Origin: Elusimicrobiota bacterium
Lineage (GTDB): Bacteria; Elusimicrobiota; Elusimicrobia; Elusimicrobiales; UBA9959
NCBI GenBank assembly: GCA_036574205.1
Contig: JAINCQ010000003.1
Span: 1-53,190 of the forward strand
DNA length: 53,190 nucleotides
Reading direction: 5' to 3'
The position numbers were made by a program, and so were the translations under genes. Positions 1-9,100 of this stretch are shown here, in pieces; the first letter of the stretch is position 1; each line of letters begins with the position of its first letter. The notes under the pieces are model-generated. The model was not told where the DNA came from. It made no database searches and saw nothing but the letters and a program-made list of their open reading frames with translations.

Positions 1-2
1 TT

Positions 3-1175
3 CTGGCAGATAAGATAATCAATCTTGACACTAAAGAAGTAAAAATACAAAATCCACACAATATGGGCAAAATTCGCAGCCAGCAAATATATGAAGATAA
101 AAAAATTAGTTATAAGTTCTTTGGCAAAGAATGTTTTAGAAATCTTAAAAATCACTTCTCACATTATTTTCTGCTTTCTCTGATCTGTTCTCTGGCATTT
201 TCTGCTTATTTTATTTTTGTCAATCAATATACTAAATTTTCTGCCGCGCTTGAAAAAAGACTGAAAGAAAAAACTTTATATTATGTGGTGGAAGGAAATA
301 TCGACTTAAAAGATTTTATCACAAAAATTAAAGTTTCTAAATCCATTAAAAAGCTTTATCCTTATTTAAACTTTCAAATCAAGAGTAATTATTTCAATGA
401 ACAAATAGACATTTATGCTTTTGATTATAATTTTATTTCCATGAATAAATTACGTCTGATTTGTGGAGACTTTCCTGTTAACTCAGACTCGGTTTTAGTC
501 GGCATCCAGCTGGCTAAAAAAGCTAACAGTAATCCTTGTTTGATTTTAGGTGAAAATATTGATATAAGTGGTAAAAAATTCAAGGTTACAGGAATATTTA
601 AAAAATCTAAAAACAAATATGTAAATGTAAGCGATGATTCTCTGATTATAAGCTTCAATCCCTCTGAGATAAGTAATTTAGGACAAAAATATATTTCAGG
701 GTTTGTGGCTGAAGTTTACATTGATAAAGCAAGTAATTTCAAATATGATATAAGCAATCTGCTAACAGTTAAATCCCTAAGGCAGCCATTTTGCAGGTCA
801 ACTACCAGTGAAATTAAACATAAAAAAGAAATATTTGAAAATTTGAAATCTAAAACATGGTTTTATTTTCTAATTGCTTTCGTTTTACTTGTAATAATGA
901 ATTTCATCAGAGAAAAGAACAGATTTTTTTTCATGTTTTTAAACGGATTTTCTAAAATAGAAATTATGTTTATAGAATTTTTTCCTCTCTTTTTTGTTTT
1001 TCCCGCTTTTGTATTGATTTCTTTTATTTTAAATTTTATCTTGAAATATTTTTGGGGTTTACCTGATTTAAATGTTTTTTTTAGCAATTTATTTTCTTTT
1101 TCTTTTAAGTGTTTATTAATCTGGCTTTTCACAATGTATATAATGCTGACAGGATTTTACCTTAAAAGGGAATAA
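3..1175 (+). CDS. MacB-like ABC transporter (C-terminal end of ATPase fused to FtsX/MacB permease), 5'-truncated by the window edge
   Basis: The frame is open from position 3 (LADKIINLDTKEV..., typical of an ABC ATPase C-terminus) into ORF 63..1175. It has one TM helix, a periplasmic MacB-type core (LRLICGDFP..SVLVG..LAKK..ILGENIDISGKKFKVTGIF) and three C-terminal TM helices. Confidence 0.7.
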   Translation: MADKIINLDTKEVKIQNPHNMGKIRSQQIYEDKKISYKFFGKECFRNLKNHFSHYFLLSLICSLAFSAYFIFVNQYTKFSAALEKRLKEKTLYYVVEGNIDLKDFITKIKVSKSIKKLYPYLNFQIKSNYFNEQIDIYAFDYNFISMNKLRLICGDFPVNSDSVLVGIQLAKKANSNPCLILGENIDISGKKFKVTGIFKKSKNKYVNVSDDSLIISFNPSEISNLGQKYISGFVAEVYIDKASNFKYDISNLLTVKSLRQPFCRSTTSEIKHKKEIFENLKSKTWFYFLIAFVLLVIMNFIREKNRFFFMFLNGFSKIEIMFIEFFPLFFVFPAFVLISFILNFILKYFWGLPDLNVFFSNLFSFSFKCLLIWLFTMYIMLTGFYLKRE

Positions 1176-1238
1176 AGTAGTAAGTGCAACAAAACCATTA
1201 AACACTTCTGCCGGTGTTTTAAAACCAAGGCATTTTCT
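1176..1238 (-). mobile_element. IS30-family transposase 3'-end remnant
   Basis: The minus strand encodes RKCLGFKTPAEVF...VALTT, matching the conserved IS30 transposase C-terminus (RPRKxLGxKTPxEVF...VAL). No upstream transposase body remains. Confidence 0.7.
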
Positions 1239-1291
1239 GGCTTTGTCAGTTAATCGAGTTTCTCGGCAGATATGTTCTTTTGTTGCCCTAG

Positions 1292-1468
1292 ATAGCAAAA
1301 GATAAAGAGTTTAATAATATAGTTTTTGACAGGAAATTTGACGTTTTTAAGCAACTAAATTTAGGGAATTATGTCGGTAAGGGAAAATATTATTTTAGAA
1401 TATCATATATAGATCTTATAGGTTTTGAGGGGGAATTTACACAACCCAAAGAAGTAGTTGTAGAATAA
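1292..1468 (+). pseudogene. Orphan 3' fragment of a gene ending in an FN3/Ig-like beta domain
   Basis: Start-less open frame IAKDKEFNNIVFD...GKYYFRISYIDLIGFEGEFTQPKEVVVE*, preceded by an in-frame TAG at the junction with the IS debris. Confidence 0.5.
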
Positions 1469-1495
1469 ATCCTGATATCATCTATTTATGATAAA

Positions 1496-1552
1496 AAGTG
1501 CCTAAAGTTCTATTTTAAAATAGTAAAAAATCTTTTTTTGATATAGGACTAA
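1496..1552. promoter_or_regulatory. Putative operator motif (shared with 13139-13167)
   Basis: CTAAAGTTCTATTTTAAAATAG contains the perfect palindrome CTATTTTAAAATAG, and ATAGGACTAA follows at 1543-1552. Both elements recur upstream of 13222. Confidence 0.4.
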
Positions 1553-1630
1553 TTTAGTAGGATTTGCGGGTTGAAAGATAGTAAAATAGTATTAATGGAT
1601 ATAATCCATAAAAATATCAGGAGGGAGAAA

Positions 1631-2542
1631 ATGAAATTAGTTTCGTTAGCATTAACACTATTGTTAACTTCGCAGGTTTTTGCGGAAGTTAACTTCGATG
1701 AAGGGGTTAGTACAGACAAAGTTATAAAAGACTCAACATATATGCCCTTGCCGCAAGTAAAATATGGCATTCCCGGACAAAGAAGGGTTACAAGAGACTG
1801 CGCGAGGTTTAGCTTTGGTCCTTCAGATAGCGATATAATGAGCGATAGGGTGTGGCTGAGGAGCGATGAGTATATAACAGAGTGTTATACTACCTATGTT
1901 CCTGGTCCAAATGGTCAACAAATACCACAACAACATTGTTATGAAAGATTGGGCTATACTTATAGAAGTCAGGCTCAGATAAACATAAAACAAAGAAAGC
2001 TTTTCCCATGGGAAAAGGAAACATTTGAGGTTTGTTTAGAAGGGCAGTGGCTTGATATATATACGATAGAAGCCGGTTATAAATATAAGGTTTCTAAAAC
2101 TGGATATAATGATGCATTATTTGTGCTGAGTCCAGAGTATAAAATACCCACAAAACCAGACCCTGAGGGTATTAACTATACAGAGTTTAGCTATGATAAA
2201 GAAACAAAAAAATATACCTTTAAGCTGAATGATAAGTGGGCTAATGAATATGCTGGTGAAAAAGTTTATATAAAGATTGAACTTAAAAAGGATAAAGCTA
2301 ACTGGTTTGACCCAAGCCTTGGGATAAAAGAATATACCTTTGATGTAGCAAATAATTATACAATAGAGTTTAGTGAAGATGAGCTTATTAAACCAGAGAC
2401 AGATACAAATGATAATACATATAGAAGTGAAAAGCTTTTTGAAACAAGAGGCTATTATCTTGAATGGGGATTTAAAAGGCTTGGAAAAATCTCAAAAGAT
2501 TCCTATATGGATAAAGGCAAGACAAGTACAATTCAAAAATAA
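1631..2542 (+). CDS. Secreted hypothetical protein (signal peptide, beta-rich, 4 Cys)
   Basis: The SD-like GGAGGGAG before ATG 1631 gives MKLVSLALTLLLTSQVFA|EVNFDEGV, a Sec signal with a VFA cleavage site. The ORF track's upstream TTG start at 1571 is less likely. Confidence 0.8.
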   Translation: MKLVSLALTLLLTSQVFAEVNFDEGVSTDKVIKDSTYMPLPQVKYGIPGQRRVTRDCARFSFGPSDSDIMSDRVWLRSDEYITECYTTYVPGPNGQQIPQQHCYERLGYTYRSQAQINIKQRKLFPWEKETFEVCLEGQWLDIYTIEAGYKYKVSKTGYNDALFVLSPEYKIPTKPDPEGINYTEFSYDKETKKYTFKLNDKWANEYAGEKVYIKIELKKDKANWFDPSLGIKEYTFDVANNYTIEFSEDELIKPETDTNDNTYRSEKLFETRGYYLEWGFKRLGKISKDSYMDKGKTSTIQK

Positions 2543-2569
2543 TCTGTTGTCTTATAAATTAATTTAAAA

Positions 2570-2604
2570 TAAAAAGGCCCCGCTAAAAAAAGCGGGGCTT
2601 TTTT
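2570..2604. terminator. Bidirectional rho-independent terminator
   Basis: AAAAAGGCCCCGCT-AAAAAA-AGCGGGGCTTTTTT lies between convergent genes. Confidence 0.9.
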
Positions 2605-2699
2605 AATATTATAAATAAATAGTCAGGAAATTAAAAAGATTGTTTTTACCATGTTATATTTTTCATTTAATATTGTATATTAGTTTTTAAACATTATCT

Positions 2700-3206
2700 T
2701 TATTTTTTTATCAGTTTTACGATCGCTTTTCCATATTCCTTTGCTGCAGCTGGCCCATTTGCTGTAATTATATTTGAATCTATTTCAACTGAATTTCCTG
2801 TATACTGTGCTCCATTTTTTATAAGCTCATCTTTTCCGTCAATCCAGACTGTTGCTTTCTTGTTTTTTAAAAGACCTGCATGTGCAAGTATAACAGGGGA
2901 AATACATATGGCGGCTATTGGTTTGCCGCTATAATAAAAATCTGAAAACATCCTTCGTATTTTATCATTGTCCAGTTCTTTAAGTGCGCCTGGACCACCA
3001 ACAAGAGCAAGTATTTCATAGTCATTTAGATTTACTTCATTTATGGTTTTATCAACCTCAGCAGTTATTTTTATTTTTCCTGTTGCTTTTCCCTTTTGTG
3101 TGGAGATTGTTTCAACTTTTATGCCATTTTCTTCAAGTATTTTTTTGGGTTCAATATACTCCTCGTCTCTAAATCCTTTAAAGGCTATAAATAATGCTGC
3201 TTTCAT
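2700..3206 (-). CDS. DJ-1/PfpI family protein
   Basis: GFRDEE, VGGPGA, AAICISP (nucleophile Cys) and IITANGP motifs. Confidence 0.92.
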   Translation of the reverse strand: MKAALFIAFKGFRDEEYIEPKKILEENGIKVETISTQKGKATGKIKITAEVDKTINEVNLNDYEILALVGGPGALKELDNDKIRRMFSDFYYSGKPIAAICISPVILAHAGLLKNKKATVWIDGKDELIKNGAQYTGNSVEIDSNIITANGPAAAKEYGKAIVKLIKK

Positions 3207-3254
3207 CTTAGCCTCCTTTTCATAATCATAATATTTAATTATATAATTTTATTT

Positions 3255-3935
3255 ATGAATCATATATGCAAATTATATGATAGGATATATAAAAACTATA
3301 GAATCATAAATTCGATTTTAACTCTATCTTTAGATAAATACTGGAGGAAAAAAACTGTTGAGCATATAATGACCATAAAACCTTCTGCTGTAAGAATTCT
3401 TGATATATGTTGTGGAACCGGAGATCTTACAAAATTAATCAGAAAGAGTTTTCCCCAAGCTGATATATATGGGATTGATGCAAATGTTAATATGCTTTCA
3501 TTAGCAAAACAGGAGCTTCCAGACGTTAAATTTGTAGATGGGTATGTCTCAGATATGCCCTTTGATAACGATTTTTTTGATATTGTAGTTATTTCTTTTG
3601 CTTCAAGAAATCTTTTTTTCGCCTGCGATTTTAAAAAATCGGTTAATGAAGTAAAAAGAGTCATCAAACCTGGTGGTTTTTTTGTGAGTGTTGAAACTGC
3701 TTTGTATGATAACTATTTTCTAAATTTAGCAATGAAAATTTATATTTCTTTTTCAATAGGTATGTTGAATTTTTTAATGCCTTCTTCGGCAAATTCATAT
3801 AATTTTTTAAAATCATCTATTCTGAAATTTGATATTCTGAAATTTAAATCAGAAATTGAAAAACATTTTGTTTTTATGCGGTGCCGAAGACTTTTTCCCG
3901 GATCTGTAGCTATATGCTGGGCATTGAAATCATAA
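3255..3935 (+). CDS. UbiE/MenG-like class I SAM-dependent methyltransferase
   Basis: INSILTLSLDKYWRK, ILDICCGTGD, MPFDNDFFD and RVIKPGG motifs. Confidence 0.8.
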   Translation: MNHICKLYDRIYKNYRIINSILTLSLDKYWRKKTVEHIMTIKPSAVRILDICCGTGDLTKLIRKSFPQADIYGIDANVNMLSLAKQELPDVKFVDGYVSDMPFDNDFFDIVVISFASRNLFFACDFKKSVNEVKRVIKPGGFFVSVETALYDNYFLNLAMKIYISFSIGMLNFLMPSSANSYNFLKSSILKFDILKFKSEIEKHFVFMRCRRLFPGSVAICWALKS

Positions 3936-4967
3936 AAGTTTTTTACGCCATATGATATAGCAGGATATTGATAAAAAAATTGTATAAGGTATGAGGACTA
4001 CCATAAATGGCGAGATTATTTCAATCTCGCCAATCCTTTTTGATATTATTAAACTAAACCATAAAAAAAGTGATATTATTACGGCAAAGGATATTGATAT
4101 GCTTTTATTTTTTATTATTTTAGTTTGCGCTATTAAAAAAGCTATTATTACAGACAAAAAATTCAGCAAGATAACTGATATCTTAAAATGTATTGAAACC
4201 AGCTCGCCTGTGTAATTTAATGAAAGCATTTTTAATTTATTTATTCTTTTTATAATGTCGGTTATCCCATATGAATTTTCGTCTGATATTTTTTCAATAA
4301 GGATATTATCAGGCTCAGGTAAAAAATTTATGTGAGTTTTTGAAAAAGAAGAAATTGTAATAGTGTTTGAATAATTTATCAGCATTCCATTTTCAGCAAT
4401 CCATAAGCCAGATTCCTTGTCCCATTTTAAGCTGGCAGATTTCATTATTATTTTGTTTTTTATGTCCTCAATGTAGATATCTTTAAGAATATTTTTGTTT
4501 ATTATTTTATTTGTGACAAAGTAAATATCATTTATTTTAGCAAAAGAGTTTGCAAATTCCATTTTTTTAGTATTTTTTCTGGAGTTTTTATAAAGTGGGG
4601 TGGCTAAAAAATCTCCATAAAAAAACGATAAGGTTATTATAATAAAAGAAGAGATAATTAATGGAATTAGTATAATAGTTTTTCTGTATCCTGAAGCATA
4701 TATTGCTTTATATTCATTGTGAACTGTAATTTCATTAAAAACTATAATTGATGATATAAGTGTTATAAGTGGAATGACAAGGTATAGATAGTAAGGAGTT
4801 TGTAAAAATGATGTTTTTAGTGTGAGCGAGAATTCCATTCCACGCTTTGAAAATATATTTGCTGTTTCAAAAAGATTTATTACAAAAACAAAAATAGCTA
4901 TTACTATTGTAGTCGATATAAAATAAATCCAGAATTTTTTAATTATATATTTTGCAAGAATTTTCAC
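3930..4967 (-). CDS. lptG: LPS export ABC permease LptG (LptF/G family)
   Basis: 3 TM + periplasmic beta domain + 3 TM; NEYKAIYASG motif; translationally coupled to the upstream paralog by a GTGA overlap. Confidence 0.8.
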   Translation of the reverse strand: MKILAKYIIKKFWIYFISTTIVIAIFVFVINLFETANIFSKRGMEFSLTLKTSFLQTPYYLYLVIPLITLISSIIVFNEITVHNEYKAIYASGYRKTIILIPLIISSFIIITLSFFYGDFLATPLYKNSRKNTKKMEFANSFAKINDIYFVTNKIINKNILKDIYIEDIKNKIIMKSASLKWDKESGLWIAENGMLINYSNTITISSFSKTHINFLPEPDNILIEKISDENSYGITDIIKRINKLKMLSLNYTGELVSIHFKISVILLNFLSVIIAFLIAQTKIIKNKSISISFAVIISLFLWFSLIISKRIGEIEIISPFMVVLIPYTIFLSISCYIIWRKKLL

Positions 4968-6085
4968 CTTCGCCTCAATTTTAAAAAGTAAATATAAGCG
5001 CTAAATAAAAACATAATCAAAATTGGAAGGGTATTAATGAAAGGGAATAAATTTTCTTTTTTCCTGATTATAACATTTATAAATATCCCGGATAAATAAT
5101 AAAAGAGTATAATTCCAATGCTTGAAAGAAAACTAAAATATTTACTATCTTTTTCATAGTAAAACGCTAAAACGCAAGCAACGAGGGAAAATGCAAGTAT
5201 GGAAAGCGATGATAAAAACCTTGAAATTATTTCTTTTTTAATTTTAAAAATCTCGTTTCTGTCTGTTATAGATTTAAGACGCTTTTTTAATTCGGTGGTG
5301 GAATAATATTTTGGTGGATTATCGTATTTTTTTTCTATTATTTCAAATGGGATAAAAACACTGTATTCTTCAAAATTTCCTGTGTTATAGATATTATAAT
5401 TTTTTTTATCTATACTCAAGATACTACCATCTTTAAGAATTACTTTTATGCCTTTCTCCTTAACTATGTCGTAATAGCCACTTAAAGCGTTTATCCTGAT
5501 AAAAAAGTCTGAGTTGTATTTGTTATTTATGTTCCTGTAAAGAGTAATATTGTTCATAGTATTGTCTGATATTTTTAAGGCATGTATTGTGAAGGATGAG
5601 ATATTATCAAATGAGTTTGATTTTATAGTTATGTTGGTTATTCGGTTAATCATTGTTCGAGCATACTCTCTGGATTTGAGACTAAATTGGGGGGATATCT
5701 TATTAATAATAATATAAAAAATAACACTAAGTAAAAGAACAAACACCCAAAAAAGTTTTGTGATATCTGCATATGAATAACCACCAACCCTCATTGCTAT
5801 TATCTCACCTCTTGATGAAAGATCTCCAACGGAAAAAAATATGGAAAATATTAAAGAAAAAGGAAAGGATGTCGCTATGATAGAAGGTAGCAAAAATAAA
5901 AGTGTTTTTGAAAGATAGGAAAAAGATATTCCTCTTGTTATTTCACTTTCATTTATTATTTTAAGAAAAGAGAATATAAAAAATATGGCAGTGAATATAA
6001 AAAGTGAAAGGGTAAAATAGCGAAGAAAATATTTTATGAATAAAATCTGTATTTTTAATGGTCTTAATTCAGATATATTCACCAT
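4964..6085 (-). CDS. lptF: LPS export ABC permease LptF (LptF/G family)
   Basis: GDLSSRGEIIAMRVGGYS motif and LptF/G topology. Confidence 0.82.
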   Translation of the reverse strand: MVNISELRPLKIQILFIKYFLRYFTLSLFIFTAIFFIFSFLKIINESEITRGISFSYLSKTLLFLLPSIIATSFPFSLIFSIFFSVGDLSSRGEIIAMRVGGYSYADITKLFWVFVLLLSVIFYIIINKISPQFSLKSREYARTMINRITNITIKSNSFDNISSFTIHALKISDNTMNNITLYRNINNKYNSDFFIRINALSGYYDIVKEKGIKVILKDGSILSIDKKNYNIYNTGNFEEYSVFIPFEIIEKKYDNPPKYYSTTELKKRLKSITDRNEIFKIKKEIISRFLSSLSILAFSLVACVLAFYYEKDSKYFSFLSSIGIILFYYLSGIFINVIIRKKENLFPFINTLPILIMFLFSAYIYFLKLRRR

Positions 6086-6166
6086 AACTTAATAACTATT
6101 ATATATAATTTATTTATGTGCTTTTTTTGAAACTGGCTTGTTAAAAATAGCCAGAGTTTTTTTATT

Positions 6167-9100
6167 ATGAGTTTTTTTTATTTTTTAATATTTTTTTTAA
6201 TAAATAACCAAATATTTGCATTTGAGTTTTCCGATTTTATTGACAATCTTTCAGATTATAATGAGTTAACTATAGGTTCAACACAGTATATACAAATAAA
6301 AGATAAAGATTTGCCTGAAAGTAAATCAGGTTTTAAAAGTCAACCTGAGAGGTATAACTACGACGATTGGGATTATAACAGTAGGAAATGGAATAAATTT
6401 ATTGACAAACTTGGTAGCCTTGAAATAGAAGAGGAGATAAATGTTGTTGAACGTTCTTCAATAACTGTATCTACAATTCCTGTTTCTCCTGGCCCTCAGG
6501 TGGAATTTCTTGACAGTGGCACATCTCTTAATGTAACAGGCAGAAAGGTTATATCCTTCAATTACTCCGGAAAAAAATATATAAAAGAACAGACTAATTT
6601 TACAAGAGACAGATCAACCAGTCTTTTTGATATAACACAACAATTACAGATAAGAATGCAGGGTAAGGTTGGAGAGAAAATATCTGTTAATGTGGATTAT
6701 GATGATACTAAAGAAGATAAAGAAGATATATCTGTTACATATCAGGGCGATCCTCAGGAGGTTGTGCAGAATATTTCCTTTGGCGATATAGATCTATCGC
6801 TTCCATCAACTGAATTTGTATCTTATAATAAACAACTTTTTGGATTAAGAGCTGATTTAAAATCAAACAGGTTTAGAGCCACATTAATAGGTTCAAGAAC
6901 AAAAGGACAGACTAAAACCAGGCAGTTTAAAGGAAATACACAATTTCAAACCAGTGATATCTTAGATACCTCGTATATAAGAAGAAAATATTACGACTTG
7001 ACTTTTGGTGATAAAACTCGCCTTCCGATAAAACCTGGTTCTGAAAAAATTTATATAGATCAGCAGACAAATGAAGTTGTTGATGGTGTTATAATCTCAT
7101 CGATTACAGCCGACGATTTAAGCATTATAGGCTCAACATATACTGGAAGATTCAAACTTATGACAAGGGGAGTTGATTATACTGTTGACTACAATAAAGG
7201 GATTGTGATTTTTGCAAGAAGTCTTAATTCAGTGGATGTTTTAATTGTTGATTATCAGGATAAAAACGGAAATTGGTTGAGGGATGAAAATTTAACTGGG
7301 AGATATAAGATATTGAAGTCAAAAGACGATGTCTATATGTCAAATCCATCGGAAAAAGGATGGCGTAACGAGATAAAAACGTACTATTATCTTGGACAGA
7401 TAAATATAATGAGGGATGATGGACATGGTAATTTTATTTTAAATGTTCAAAATCTCAATAGACAGGAGATAGGTTCAACTTTAAATCCACCTCAAAAATA
7501 TCCAGACACAATAGAGGTAGACTTTGAACAGGGTATAATACATCTTTCAACGCCTTTTGCCTCTGAAACAGGAGAAATGCCAGACCCTCTTACTTATTCT
7601 CAAAGTCCTGTGGCAAAAAGAATAATACATGTTGAATATTATTATAGGTTAAAAACTTTTTATCTGGAACCTAATATAGTTCTTAACTCTGAAATAATAA
7701 CCATAGATGGTGTAAAACTTTCCAAAAATCAAGATTATTATATAGATTATGATGCTGGTTTCCTTACTTTCTATAATCCTGAGAGGATAACGCAAAACAG
7801 TATAATAGATATATCTTATGAGGTTTCGCCTTTTGGCAGCTCAAACCAAACTCTTGCTGGGGGAAGGGTTTCATACGATATTTTTAATAATGCAACCATA
7901 GGCGCAACTGCCCTTTATCAGGGTTCGACCAAGGTTTCCAAAGCGCCTCATATAACTGACATACCTTCAAGACTTTTTGTTTATGACAGCGACCTCCAGA
8001 TTAAAAACCTGAATATATTCGGAATGAAAACATCCTTGTCAGGTGAAATAGCCCAGTCAAGGCTTAATCCGAATATAAACGACTATGCTATAGTAGACAA
8101 TATGGAAGGCGTCAAGCAGGAAGATAGCGCTTCTATGGATAAGAATTACTGGTATATAGCTTCAAATCCATCTCTTGGTCCTTCTCATCCTGATTCTCTG
8201 TCATGGAATACCGAAGAAATTGATTCTAAAGATATCAATCCAAACTCTCCCGGCGATTCAAAACAACAAGTTCTTGTTATTGATTATGATTTTTCCATCT
8301 CTACTGAGGTTTCTCTGGTTTATGTTTTTTCAAAAACAGGGCTTGATTTTTCTCAAAAAAATTCATTTGAGCTTACTATTTCAGGCGATAATAACTCATC
8401 AGGTCCCCTTATAAATCTTCATTTTGGGGAGATAAACGAAGATTCTGATAACTCTGGAGGAATGACTCTTTTATGTTCAAATGCCAGAGTAATATATAAT
8501 GCGCCAAAAACTGAGGATACAAATTGTGATGGAATTCTTTCGCCTTCAGAAGATATTGGATGGCTTTATTCTCCCCAGGGATATTCATCTAAAAGATTTG
8601 GCAATTCAAATGGAAGAATAGACACTCAGGATCTTGATGGGAACGGTAGGCTTGATAGCGGCAATCCTTCGGTAGGGGGGAGTTTTGGATATATCTCGAA
8701 TTCTTATTTTATAGACATAACAAACAATAATACTCCAACAAACATTATAAATTTTTCAAACTGGCATAATTTAGTTTATCCAATAGTTATTGCCTCAAGC
8801 GAATCGTATAAATGGTCAAGCATAAAAGAAGTGCGAATTTCACTGAAAAAGACTGAAGGGAGTCCTGTTAGAGGGAGAATTAAAATAGCAAGGATCAGCG
8901 CCGTTGGAAATACATGGAACGTTTCTCTTTCTACTTCTTCCTCTGAAAACTTAAAAATACTTGCTGTGAACAATATTGATAACACTGATTATACACCAAT
9001 CTATAATGCTGGGGGAGATGTTTCTTCAATTTATAATGACCTTTATGGCTCGGTAAGCGATCAAAAATCAGAATCTGGATCATCAACAATATCCGAGCAA

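Noticed and set aside
1116..1298. 60-aa minus-strand ORF as a real gene
   Set aside because: It is a chimera of the IS30 tail, linker DNA and antisense overlap with the permease, and has no credible start.
6116..6198. Phase variation by poly-T tracts at the sprA-like start (adding one T would fuse MLKIARVF to the signal peptide)
   Set aside because: T7-T8 runs are common in this AT-rich DNA and the annotated ATG already gives a usable signal peptide; it cannot be supported without reads.
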